Shown: positions 20,775 through 33,110 of the stretch, piece by piece
Layout: every line of letters starts with the position of its first letter
Position numbering within the stretch: the stretch's first letter is position 1
Position numbers and translations under genes: made by a program
NCBI RefSeq assembly: GCF_009914755.1
Contig: NC_060938.1
Origin: the human T2T-CHM13v2.0 reference genome, Homo sapiens
Length of the DNA: 64,000 nucleotides
Direction: 5' to 3' (one strand)
The notes under the pieces: model-generated
Databases searched by the model: none
What the model saw: the letters and a program-made list of their open reading frames with translations, nothing else
Told to the model about the DNA's origin: nothing

Positions 20775-20984
20775 CTAAAAATAAGTCATGATTATTTCTG
20801 TATATAACAAATTGGTGTTAATATGAAGCTGTTTCTTAATCTTTTTCTAGAGAATTGGAAATTTATAATTGTATTCTCTTAAAAGCAGAATGCTACATAT
20901 TTTTAAAGATAATTTTTAAGGGGCCGGGCACGGTGGCTCACACCTGTAATCCCAGCACTTTGGGAAGCCGAGGCAGGTGGATCA

Positions 20985-21348
<364 letters not shown>

Positions 21349-22351
21349 TTAAAAATAATAACTTTTTTTTTTTTTTTTTTTTAATGAGAGGGAGTCTCGC
21401 TCTGTCGCCCAGGCTGGAGTGCAGTGGCGCAATCTCGACTCGCTGCAAGCTCCGCCTCCTGGCTTCACACCATTCTGTTGCCTCAGCCCCCTGAGTAGCT
21501 GGGACTACAGGCGCCCGCCACCACGCCTGGCTAATTTTTTGTATTTTTAGTAGAGATAGGGTTTCACCATGTTAAACAGTATGGTCTCGATTTCTTGACC
21601 TTGTGATCCACCTGCCTCAGCCTCCCAAAGTGCTGGGATTACAGGCATGAGCCACCGCGCCCAGCCAAAAATAGTAACTTTTAAAAAAATGAGCCTTCTA
21701 AAACTTTTAAGTTTAGCAAAGATAAATATTATTATATCTGACAGTTTTAGCAGAAGACCTTGAGTATACTATTAGAATTTTAAATCTTAGATTCCTTAGG
21801 TTGATTCAGATCAATTTTTAGATTCAGAATGAGTTAATACATACAAAGCACTCAGGAATGCCTGGCACATGGCACTACCTGTTTGTAGTGTTACATAAAG
21901 GACTGAATCTGATGCATATGAACAGCTAAAAGGGGACTGAAGAAAAAACACTGAATTAATCTATCAGCACTGGGAATGTTGAGGTTTTCCTTCTGGGCTC
22001 CTGGCCCACTCAAAAGCAAAACAACTTATGGCCATGTAAATAAATAGCAAACAATTTAGTCTGAGAAACATAAAATGGTATGCTCCTAGAATAATAAAAT
22101 ATGACTTAGGCTTTCAGAATCTCTCATGCCTGTACACATGGGGCCAGCTGGCACTGTTTGTGGAATGGGTAAAGAGGGAAAAGCACATTCCTTGAATTAA
22201 GGTTAGACCTAGGAGAGATCCTAGCGGCACTGTCTACTCTGCCTTCTCATTTTATTCCTTTATTGTGAGGATATAAGTAGAAGAAGAAAAATTAATAGAC
22301 TTTTGCATTTCTTCCCTTTAACTTACATACCTTTAATTTATTCCCCCTCAG

Positions 22352-22469
22352 GAAAAAAATCAACACTGAAGGTGATGTTCCTCCTTCTATGTCAGGAAGC
22401 TGTGCTGTGTGTGTAGACAGGGTGCTGTACTTGTTTGGAGGACACCATTCAAGAGGCAATACCAATAAG
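22352..22469 (+). CDS. KLHDC2: KLHDC2 exon 3 (KKINTEG...GNTNK)
   Basis: ctcag|G...AAG|gttagt, 118 nt. Confidence 0.96.
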
Positions 22470-24592
22470 GTTAGTGTTTCTAAGGATTATGGCTTGAGGC
22501 ATTTTTATTCTTATTATCTTTCAAACAACTGCAAATTTCTAAGGTTAGCCCCAGACTTATTTGTGTCACAGTTAAAAATGATGTGTACTTGATTATGATA
22601 TGAATGTGCATTTTAGTATTTTGTGTGCCAATCTGTATTTACCTAGGCATTATGTAAAATCAACTTTTGTTGGTAACCTGTGTGCAGTAACTTCCTGGGT
22701 GGTTTTTCTTTGTGCTTTTTGCAGCTACTTGTTCTCTTAGAACCTTAAATGTTGGATGAACATTAGTAATAAAATTGCAGACAAAATGAAGACAAGATGT
22801 AATGGAGGGAAGGGTAAAAATGAGCAGGCAACCAGTCAGAAAGCTGTAAGGATAAATTAAAACTGACAAAACTTTACATGTTAACATTCCTATAAAGTGG
22901 TGCCCAAAGACAATGCTGTTCAGACTTTGCCGTATTTTGTTCCAAGTAGGAAAAAATATATCACTTCTTCTCTTTCAGACCAATAAGAGACAGATTAAGT
23001 CAATCAGAAATGATACATATGACATATATTAGCGCTTACTGAGTTGCCAAATAAATGAATCCATAGGAGTCTATTAAGTTGGCAACTTAGTAAGCACTTT
23101 ATGTGCTGAGCACTTGGCTGGACACTGGAGACAGAAAGAATGATATAGTTCTCACCTCCTGGAACTCACATTCTAGAAGGGACACATATAGTAAGTAAAC
23201 CACTGCAGTAGCACCTGCTAGAGAGATACACAGCACCTGGCATATAGAAAATAACTCAGTAAGTATTGTTGAAACTGAAAACTTTGACATTGTATTTGGT
23301 GGGATGAGGGAACAGAACAAGGAAAATCTTGACCGAAGAGGTGATGCTTGAACTGAATAATAAAATTGGAAGGAGTAGCCAAGATACAGAGATACAAGCA
23401 AATGTCTTTTTTTTTTTTTTTTTTTTCGGTTGGGGACAGAGTCTCGCTCTGTCGCCCAGGCTGGAGTGCAGTGGTGCAATCTTGGCTTACTGCAATCTCC
23501 GCCTCCCAGGTTCAAGTGATTCTCGTACCTCAGCCTCCTGAGTAGCTGGGATTACAGGCATGCATCACTACGCCCAGCTAATTTTTTTATTTTTAGTAGA
23601 GACAGGGTTTTGCCACGTTGGCCAGGCTGGTCTTAAACTCCTGACCTCAGGTGATCCACCTGCTTTGGCCTCCCAAAGTGCTGGGATTACAGGCATGAGC
23701 CACCGTGCCCGGCAGCAAATGTCTTAATTATGGAAATTCCAAGTGGATGGAATATGTGGCTGAGATGGTTTCAAACTATGTTCCTAGAAACTTTAGGGAT
23801 TTGAGATGCCTTGGGACACCTGTGGGAGGAGCATATGGTGTTAGGTAGGCTCCAAGCTGCCCCTTCCTCCTCCATTTTAACAAGTGTAGCTCCACTTTTG
23901 TTTGTATACGTTGGGCTTTTGCTTAGTATTTTGCTTGAAGAAAGAGTTCTATGCCTGAAAGATTCTGTGAGGCACATCTATAGGCTATCATTGAGCCATA
24001 TGTATTTCAGAGCCAAGGGGGAGAATAATAACTGACACAACTTAAAAGCTTGGGGGAGGAGACAAGCTGTGGTTTTATGGAGGTAGTTACAGAAACAGTA
24101 GTAGTTTGTCGAGTGGCTAGGGTTGTGTGTTTTAAGTTTGACTGAATGGAAGCTTGAGTGTCTCAGAGAAGTAAAAAATATATAGTGGTCAGATATATTC
24201 AGTTGCCTGGATGTGAACCCTTTAAAGGAAAGATGAATATTTAATCTTTTAAGTATTGATCCTTAATTAATCTCTTTAATCTTAAAGATTAAGTCAATTA
24301 ACTCTTTAATCTTAGAGTTAAATAGACACCCAACACGTATTTGTTAAATTGAATTTAAAGGTAAAATTACTAAACCTATTTTTTTTGGGTAATACCATTC
24401 TGATACCCATAAAATAAATGTCAGGGCTGGGTGTGGTAGCTTATGCTTATAATCCCAGCACTTTGGGAGGCCCAAGTGGGCACATCACTTGAGGCCAAGA
24501 GTTTGAGACCAGCCTGGCCAACATGACAAAAACTCGTCTCTACTAAAAATACAAAAATTAGCTGGGCATGTTGGTGCGTGCCTGTAATCCTA

Positions 24593-25210
<618 letters not shown>

Positions 25211-25629
25211 TGGGAAAAGAAAATGTACGGCTGTCTTAGCCAGGTATGGTGGTACATGGCTGTAGTCCATCTATGTGGGAAGCTAAGGTGGGAAGATGAC
25301 TTAAGCCCAGGAGTTTAGGTTACAGTAATCTATGATTGTGCCACTGCACTCCAGCCTGGGCAAGAGAGACCCTGTCTCTTAAAAAAAAAAAGTGTGACTA
25401 TGAAAAAAAAAATTAGTTGAGCTAACAGCGTGCTTAGTGACTTAGGAAGTTGGTATTCAGTCACAGAATCCTCATCTGGACTCTGAGCAGTCTGGCAGCC
25501 AGTCTGCAGTCACAATTTCAGTAGCACTGAATTAGATGGCACTCTTATCATAAATCATAGTAAAATTAAATGCTAAACTTGAATTTCTTTCATAAAACCA
25601 ACTCTAACTGAAATCATTGCTTCTGACAG

Positions 25630-25745
25630 TTCTACATGCTGGATTCAAGGTCTACAGACAGAGTGTTACAGTGGGAAAGAATTGATTGCCAAGGAATTCC
25701 TCCATCATCAAAGGACAAACTTGGTGTCTGGGTATATAAAAACAA
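25630..25745 (+). CDS. KLHDC2: KLHDC2 exon 4 (FYMLDSRS...VYKNK)
   Basis: gacag|TTC...AA|gtaagt, 116 nt. Confidence 0.96.
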
Positions 25746-25968
25746 GTAAGTTGGCAGCACTACAGGTTTGGGTTTTTATGTGTAAAGTGGTTTACCATTC
25801 AGGTATCCTTAGCCAGTAAACATTTGCACAGAACATACCTCATAGGGCCCATATGAAGATTAACTGAATTAATACATGAAAGCATTTAACACAGCACCTA
25901 AGATAAATTGCTTGTATCCTATCCTATGGGTATTTGAATTTTTAGTGTCTTGGTTTTTCATCCAACAG

Positions 25969-26050
25969 GTTAATATTTTTTGGAGGGTATGGATATTTGC
26001 CTGAAGATAAAGTATTGGGAACTTTTGAATTCGATGAAACATCTTTTTGG
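25969..26050 (+). CDS. KLHDC2: KLHDC2 exon 5 (LIFFGGYG...ETSFW)
   Basis: aacag|G...TGG|gtaagt, 82 nt. Confidence 0.96.
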
Positions 26051-26201
26051 GTAAGTGAAGTTTCATATTTGCATATGGCCTCCTTAGTATGTTGAAATAA
26101 TACATTTTATAAGTTTTGTGCATTTTTCTTTGGTAATCAGGCAGGCTGTCTAATTTTATAAATATCATTTCTAAAATAACGCGGATTCTTATTTTCTGTA
26201 G

Positions 26202-26285
26202 AATTCAAGTCATCCAAGAGGATGGAATGATCATGTACATATTTTAGATACTGAAACATTTACCTGGAGCCAGCCTATAACTACT
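26202..26285 (+). CDS. KLHDC2: KLHDC2 exon 6 (NSSHPRGW...QPITT)
   Basis: tgtag|AAT...ACT|gtgagt, 84 nt. Confidence 0.96.
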
Positions 26286-26509
26286 GTGAGTTACTAAAGA
26301 ATAATGAATTGTTAAGGATACTTAGAGGCAGTGGGGAGGGGTGGGGTAGGGGAGAGGGGTGCACCAGAGTTGGAAGATACTGTGAAAGTGACAGTTCATT
26401 CTTGTTTTCTGGGGAGAAGATCCATAACTTTAATGATTTCCAAGGAATCTAGAACTCAGAAGTTTAATGAATGTATGAAATGACTAACCCAGCATCTATT
26501 ATCTAATAA

Positions 26510-26638
<129 letters not shown>

Positions 26639-26829
26639 TGAGTATCTGGGATTACAGATGCCCGCAACCACGCCCAGCTAATTTTTTTGTATTTTTAGTA
26701 GAGACGGGTTTCATCACATTGGCCAGGCTGGTCTTGAACTCCTGATCTTGTGATTTGCCCACCTCGGCCTCCCAAAGTGTTGGGATTACAGGCATGAGCC
26801 ACCGTGCCCAACCTATCTAATACACTTTA

Positions 26830-27012
26830 CGTGGTAGAAGTGTTTCAGATTTTGGAATATTTGCATTATATACTTAACAGTCAACTATCTCTAATCCAAA
26901 GATCCGAAATGCTCCAATGAGCATTTCCTTTCAGCATCATGTTGGCACTCAAATTTTCAGATTTGGAGCATCTCATATTTTGGATTTTCCGATTACAGAT
27001 ACTCAAACTGTA
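26830..27012. mobile_element. Tigger4/MER46-like DNA transposon fragment
   Basis: aaatgctccaatgagcatttcc...atactcaaactgta terminal motif. Confidence 0.65.
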
Positions 27013-27385
27013 ATTAAATAACTCTGCACTAGATTGCAATTTGTATTACTTAAATATTAGATTTCTTTTCCCTCTGACACAGATAATTATATTTCTTTTC
27101 CCTTTGACGCAGATATTATATAATATGCCAGCCTTTATTTTAAAAGAGAAAAAATAAAGCAGCCTATTGTGTTAGCCAGCCCATTCAGTAACACATTTCA
27201 AAAATAGAAAATTAAAATGCCCAGTTTTGGTAGTCAGCTTGTAGTACAACTGTTGTCTAGAAGTCTACACTCCCAACTTTTAAAAGCTCAAGTGCCTTAC
27301 ATATTCTTATCCCATATCCAGAGTAGACATAGGTATTTTCCCTGTTTATAAAAAGTTCACTAACTTGCTTATGTGCCTCTAATAG

Positions 27386-27466
27386 GGTAAAGCACCTTCA
27401 CCTCGTGCTGCCCATGCCTGTGCAACTGTCGGAAATAGAGGCTTCGTGTTTGGAGGCAGATATCGA
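27386..27466 (+). CDS. KLHDC2: KLHDC2 exon 7 (GKAPSPRAAH...GGRYR; contains R236)
   Basis: aatag|GGT...CGA|gtaagt, 81 nt. Confidence 0.96.
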
Positions 27467-27538
27467 GTAAGTATTCAAACGACTTCAATGACTTGCTTTT
27501 GAATTCTTCAAAATGATAACTTAATTATCCTTTTTTAG

Positions 27539-27597
27539 GATGCTAGAATGAATGATCTTCACTATCTTAATCTGGATACATGGGAGTGGAATGAATT
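27539..27597 (+). CDS. KLHDC2: KLHDC2 exon 8 (DARMNDLH...WNEL; contains R241)
   Basis: tttag|GAT...TT|gtaggt, 59 nt. Confidence 0.95.
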
Positions 27598-28003
27598 GTA
27601 GGTATCACTTTAGATACATTTTTCCAAAATTCAGATTGTTTTTACCCTATATTCCCTACTATTGGTATATAATGTCCTTGCTTAACTTTTCTTTAACTAT
27701 GAAATTAAATAAACATAATTACTAGGTCCTTAAGGAATGAATTTTATTTTTGTGTTTCCAGTTCCTGTAACTATGTGCCTAGTACATAGCATGTGCTCAG
27801 TGTTTGTTGAAAGGAAAAGGTCTGAAGTTGATTCTATCGTCAAAGAAAATATTTCAGTATAAAGCATGTAGTTTATACCAAGAAGCCTTTTTAAACTTAA
27901 GGTCTCTTTTTTCATAACATGTACATATAAATTTTAAAAGAAAACTTAAAAATACAGTAGCTGCTTCTAAATGCAGATATTGTAACTTAGCTATTATTTT
28001 CAG

Positions 28004-28113
28004 AATTCCACAAGGCATATGCCCAGTTGGTCGATCTTGGCACTCACTAACACCAGTTTCTTCAGATCATCTTTTTCTCTTTGGAGGATTTACCACTGAT
28101 AAACAGCCACTAA
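28004..28113 (+). CDS. KLHDC2: KLHDC2 exon 9 (IPQGICPVGRSWH...KQPL; contains S269)
   Basis: ttcag|A...A|gtaagt, 110 nt. Confidence 0.96.
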
Positions 28114-28493
28114 GTAAGTCCTTGAAAAATATGATAATGAAATCATCATATATCATCCATATCTAATAGCTGAAAATGAGTCTATTAGAGACTGATGAGA
28201 CGGCTTATAGGGTTGGTTGGAAGGTTTGAAATTAATTTTGATCCTGTAACATAGCTGTAATTGTACTATATGGCATACTTCTGTTCAATAAAGAACCTGG
28301 AGCACTTAAGAGCCCTGCTGAAGGGCTACAACATGCAAAGGGCTTACTTGGCTAATTGCAGGTGGGGGAAAAAAAAGAAAATATACTCTCTGTATCTGCT
28401 CATGATCTATTACCTTTCTTGCCAAAGCTGTGCCCTTTAAATGTCAATGTCATATTGACAGACTAACATACTTCATTTCTTTGCTTGAATCAG

Positions 28494-28566
28494 GTGATGC
28501 CTGGACTTACTGCATCAGTAAAAATGAATGGATACAATTTAATCATCCATATACCGAAAAACCAAG
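28494..28566 (+). CDS. KLHDC2: KLHDC2 exon 10 (SDAWTYC...EKPR)
   Basis: atcag|GT...AG|gtattt, 73 nt. Confidence 0.96.
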
Positions 28567-28994
28567 GTATTTAAAAGCAATTCATATACTGAATATGCAT
28601 AAGACATAAGAATTGAGGTTTTGGCTGCATTATATCCAGCATTCTTATTTATAAAAATCTCAGCATTCACTAAGGTTTGAAATACTTCTCAAAGAAAAGA
28701 AAACCAATGTTATCCTAGTATCAAATGATCTCCTTTCCGTCATCTGTGCATGAAGAGTAGGGCTGGATTTTTATTTTTGCTTCTTCCTTCTGTTATAAAA
28801 TTGACACATAGTTAAAATATACAATCAAGCTTTTCACTTCAATGAGTTGAACTGCATCTAAGTTTATTAAAAATGAGGGTCGGCCAGGCGTGGTGGCTCA
28901 TGCCGGTAATCCCAGCACTTTAGGAGGCTGAGGCAGGTGGATCACCTGAGGTCAGGAGTTCCAGCCTGGCCAACATGGTGAAACCCCGTCTCTA

Positions 28995-29221
<227 letters not shown>

Positions 29222-29888
29222 TCACATGGGAGGCGAGGTACAGTGGGATTACAGGATTACAGCTGTAATCCCAGCACTTCTGGAGGCTGAGGCAGGCAGA
29301 GTGCTTTAACCCAGGCATTCAAGACCAGCTTGGGCAACTTGGCAAAACCCCATCTCTACAAATAATAGAAAAATTAGCTAGGTGTGGTAGCATATGCCTG
29401 TAGTCCCAGCTATTCAGGAGGCAGAGGATGTAGTGAGCTGAGATTGCACCACTGCACTCCAGCCTGGGTGATAGAGCAAGACTCTGTCTCTTAAAAAAAA
29501 AAAAAATACATGGGGAAAAAACAAGAACTGTCAATTAGACTTGCAGTAGCACTGTATAACAAAGATGAAGAAATCAAATCATCCAAAAAAAGCTTATTAA
29601 ACACTGATAATTTTCTCTTGTTAATCTCAGAACAAAATGCTAAAGGAAATGATACAGTCAAAATTCATGTTCAAAGCCTGCATTTTTTCCCCAAGTATCT
29701 AAACCAAGTATAGTCATGCAAGTAAGACTTCATTTGCACAAATGATCTCTCCATAAAACTACCAGGCTTTCTGAGACTTTATAGTTTACTCAAGCAGGGC
29801 TTTCACCATCCCTCAGACGTTCTGTGTAAGGCCAGTTGGCCCTACCTATGGAAGAAGAAGGCATATACTACTCAGCTCCCATACGATT

Positions 29889-29894
29889 TTTATT
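29889..29894 (-). terminator. NEMF: Candidate distal NEMF polyA signal AATAAA inside KLHDC2 intron 10 (others at 30080-30085 and 30324-30329)
   Basis: tttatt on +. No canonical AATAAA seen on - between the NEMF stop and 30329, only variants (AATATA 31621-31626, ATTAAA 31329-31334). Confidence 0.5.
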
Positions 29895-30163
29895 GCTAAC
29901 AAAGACCTAGAGAACAGATCGTTCAGTTCAAACTCCTCATTGCATAAATGAGAACGACCAGAGAGAGAAAATAATATCCAGATAAAATAGATATTGATTG
30001 ATCTGCTTTTGCTACTTTCCCTTAAGATTTTACTTCTCGCCATGATGTTTTGGTCTGAACTACCTTAAGATCGCTAGTCTTTATTTCATAGCTCTATTCT
30101 GTAGTATAAAATGGCCAACTGGTGTTCTGGGTGGCTTCAAACTCGTTTTTGTTTTAAATGCAG

Positions 30164-30251
30164 GTTATGGCACACAGCTTGTGCCAGCGATGAAGGAGAA
30201 GTAATTGTTTTTGGTGGATGTGCCAACAACTTGCTTGTCCATCACAGAGCT
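30164..30251 (+). CDS. KLHDC2: KLHDC2 exon 11 (LWHTACAS...VHHRA)
   Basis: tgcag|G...GCT|gtaagt, 88 nt. Confidence 0.96.
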
Positions 30252-30335
30252 GTAAGTATACTACCTTCACATTATTACTGAAACTTACTTGCAAAGCATT
30301 TGCTTTTAAATGTGTTCTTCCTATTTATTTTTCAG

Positions 30336-30388
30336 GCACACAGTAATGAAATACTAATATTTTCAGTTCAACCAAAATCTCTTGTACG
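30336..30388 (+). CDS. KLHDC2: KLHDC2 exon 12 (AHSNEILIFSVQPKSLVR)
   Basis: ttcag|GCA...CG|gtaagt, 53 nt. Confidence 0.96.
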
Positions 30389-30623
30389 GTAAGTAACTTT
30401 GTACTTGGCACTTAGATTATTTAAAATTGTGTTTCCTAAGACTTAGCACTCTCGAAAAACTAGGTTTATGGATTATTTAAGGGCAATAAAACTTCATTGC
30501 TATAACCAGTTCCTATGAAAATCTTTGAAGAAAGAAAGAGGGATGTTTTATGTAGTTTTTCAAGTGAATGTACTTCCAAACAGTAAAGTGAAATTACTTT
30601 TCTCTTTCCTTGTCCACTTTCAG

Positions 30624-30747
30624 GCTAAGCTTAGAAGCAGTCATTTGCTTTAAAGAAATGTTAGCCAACTCATGGAACTGCCTTCCAAAACACTTACTTC
30701 ACAGTGTTAATCAGAGGTTTGGTAGTAACAACACTTCTGGATCTTAA
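30624..30747 (+). CDS. KLHDC2: KLHDC2 exon 13 CDS (BC-box/Cul2-box, ends NNTSGS-stop)
   Basis: ttcag|G...TCT TAA. The 13 exons sum to 1221 nt = 406 aa + stop. Confidence 0.97.
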
Positions 30748-30912
30748 GGCTTCATAAATAATGCCTATGATCACCTTGCATGGACAGCAATCCTGTAAAC
30801 ATCACAGAGTGGCATCATTTGTATAATTATATGCATTGTTGTAGTTTGCACCTGTTGGTTTTAATGTGCATGTGAATGGCCTAGAGAACCTATTTTTGTG
30901 TCTAAAGTTTAC

Positions 30913-30918
30913 AATAAA
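30913..30918 (+). terminator. KLHDC2: KLHDC2 proximal polyA signal AATAAA (others: ATTAAA 30946-30951, AATAAA 31153-31158, distal AATAAA 34154-34159)
   Basis: Canonical hexamers downstream of the stop. Usage cannot be determined from sequence. Confidence 0.7.
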
Positions 30919-31738
30919 TGTATTTAACACCAGTAGCTGTCCTCTATTAAAGTAAAGTAATGGTTGGGCTTTTTACCCTGAAGAATGGTTGCTACATTTT
31001 CTTTTCAGTAACTTCAGGATATGTATCTGTAGAAACATTATAGTCTTACCATCATCAAAATGCTGAAGTCATTTTTTGAAAACATTATAGATTTTTTTTT
31101 TAATGGCAAGAGTAGTCTATAGTTATGTAACCTAGTGTTGTAAATACAATATAATAAAGGTTTTTTTTTTAAACATTAATATTCACATTATGACGAAGCT
31201 GGAAAAACAAAGTGTGGAGGGACCAACAACTGTTCAGTACTTTGACCTTAATGCTTCAGTGTAGGGGCTGGAGCAAGTGGTCATGCTGAATACAGGCAGG
31301 TGCTGTCCAGTCAATTAAAAAGTTTTTTTTTAATTAATAGGTTTTATAGCTCATGAAGGAATGGAAATAATGATGACATCATTTTCCATTCTGTTAAGAG
31401 ACAGAGGAAAAGTGGGTTAGAGTCTTTAGTGGTAAGCCTAAAATGCGCTTCTGGTATTATAGGTTAAGATACTCTAACGTGCTATATTGGTAATTAATTA
31501 CTAAAGGTGGAAATTAAAATGGTACAGAACTGAATCAGATTACAAGGAAAAAATTAAGATCAAACCTGAAGGTCTACAAATGAATAGAAATGATTAAGCT
31601 GAGTCATGAGAATTATTACTTATATTTTACATTTTGGTCTAATATTTTTTTCTGACAAGTATCAATGAAAGCAGAAGAAAATCCACTCCAATACTTAGTT
31701 TTCAAGACACAATCCTAAATATTTAAACCCCTTGTAGC

Positions 31739-32326
31739 TGGCCTATAATATATATATATTAGATGTTATATACAGTAGACTTACCAAGTCAATAGTTTAA
31801 GCAATCAAGCCACTTCACTGTTCAGTTTCTTTACATCATGAAATGAATACTTGGTATTAACCTCTCAAATTTCAAGAAAATGTAGAATAACTACAGATGT
31901 ATATAATTAGCATTTAACTGTCCACAAATACTTTAGGAAATCCTATCATAGTGTTTCCTCTATATAAAACTGGGAAAAAAACAAGAATTAAGTCCTTTTG
32001 GTGAATATAGCAAGGCAATGTTTAGTTCATTTGGCCTGTAATATATATATTAGATGTTATATACAGTAGACTTACCAAGTCAATAGTTTAAGCAATCAAG
32101 CCACTTCACTGTTCAGTTTCTTTACATCATGAAATGAATACTTGGTATTAACCTCCCAAATTTCAAGAAAATGTAGAATAACTACAGATGTATATTAATT
32201 AGCATTTAACTGTCCACAAATACTTTTGGAAATCCTATCATAGACAGTGTTTCCTCTATATAAAACTGGGAAAAAACAAGAAGTAAGTCCTTTTGGTGAA
32301 TATAGCAAGGCAATGTTTAGTTCATT
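31739..32326. repeat. Tandem duplication, 2 x ~293 bp, in NEMF 3'UTR
   Basis: Copy 1 31739-32031, copy 2 32032-32326. By manual alignment, 4 substitutions and 4 small indels. Confidence 0.96.
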
Positions 32327-32425
32327 TTTATAATGCGGAAATCCTGATACATGGTGCTTTCATCTTTGAACTTCCAAAAGGCTATAAAATTGGCTCTTCT
32401 CAAATATTTTAGAATTTCATTTCAG

Positions 32426-32503
32426 CTATTTCCTTTTTACGTTCAGAAGATTGGGTGCAGACACTTTCACTTTGCCAGGAATGTTTCTTGATAAATCTGT
32501 GTC
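32426..32503 (-). CDS. NEMF: NEMF last coding exon (exon 33; DTDLSRNIPGKVKVSAPNLLNVKRK-stop)
   Basis: ttag|GAC...AAA TAG, 78 nt. NFACT-C end of NEMF/Rqc2. Confidence 0.96.
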   Translation of the reverse strand, partial: DTDLSRNIPGKVKVSAPNLLNVKRK

Positions 32504-32552
32504 CTAAAAAAAGAAAATTGCTGAATATCTTCACATCCTGTATGGTCAATCA

Positions 32553-32834
<282 letters not shown>

Positions 32835-32881
32835 TCACTGAACTGTTTAAAATCATAATTCAAAAAAACAAATTTAAATAC

Positions 32882-32925
32882 CTTTTCCCTTTTTCTGCAC
32901 TCCAGGAGTAAGTTTCACTTTATAT
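32882..32925 (-). CDS. NEMF: NEMF exon 31 (YKVKLTPGVQKKGK)
   Basis: taaag|A...G|gtattt, 44 nt. Confidence 0.95.
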
Positions 32926-33008
32926 CTTTAAAAAGGAATTACATGTGTTACTAAATAGATGTTACAAAACAATTCACAAAAGCCATTCTGTCAACTAATG
33001 GTAACTTA

Positions 33009-33110
<102 letters not shown>

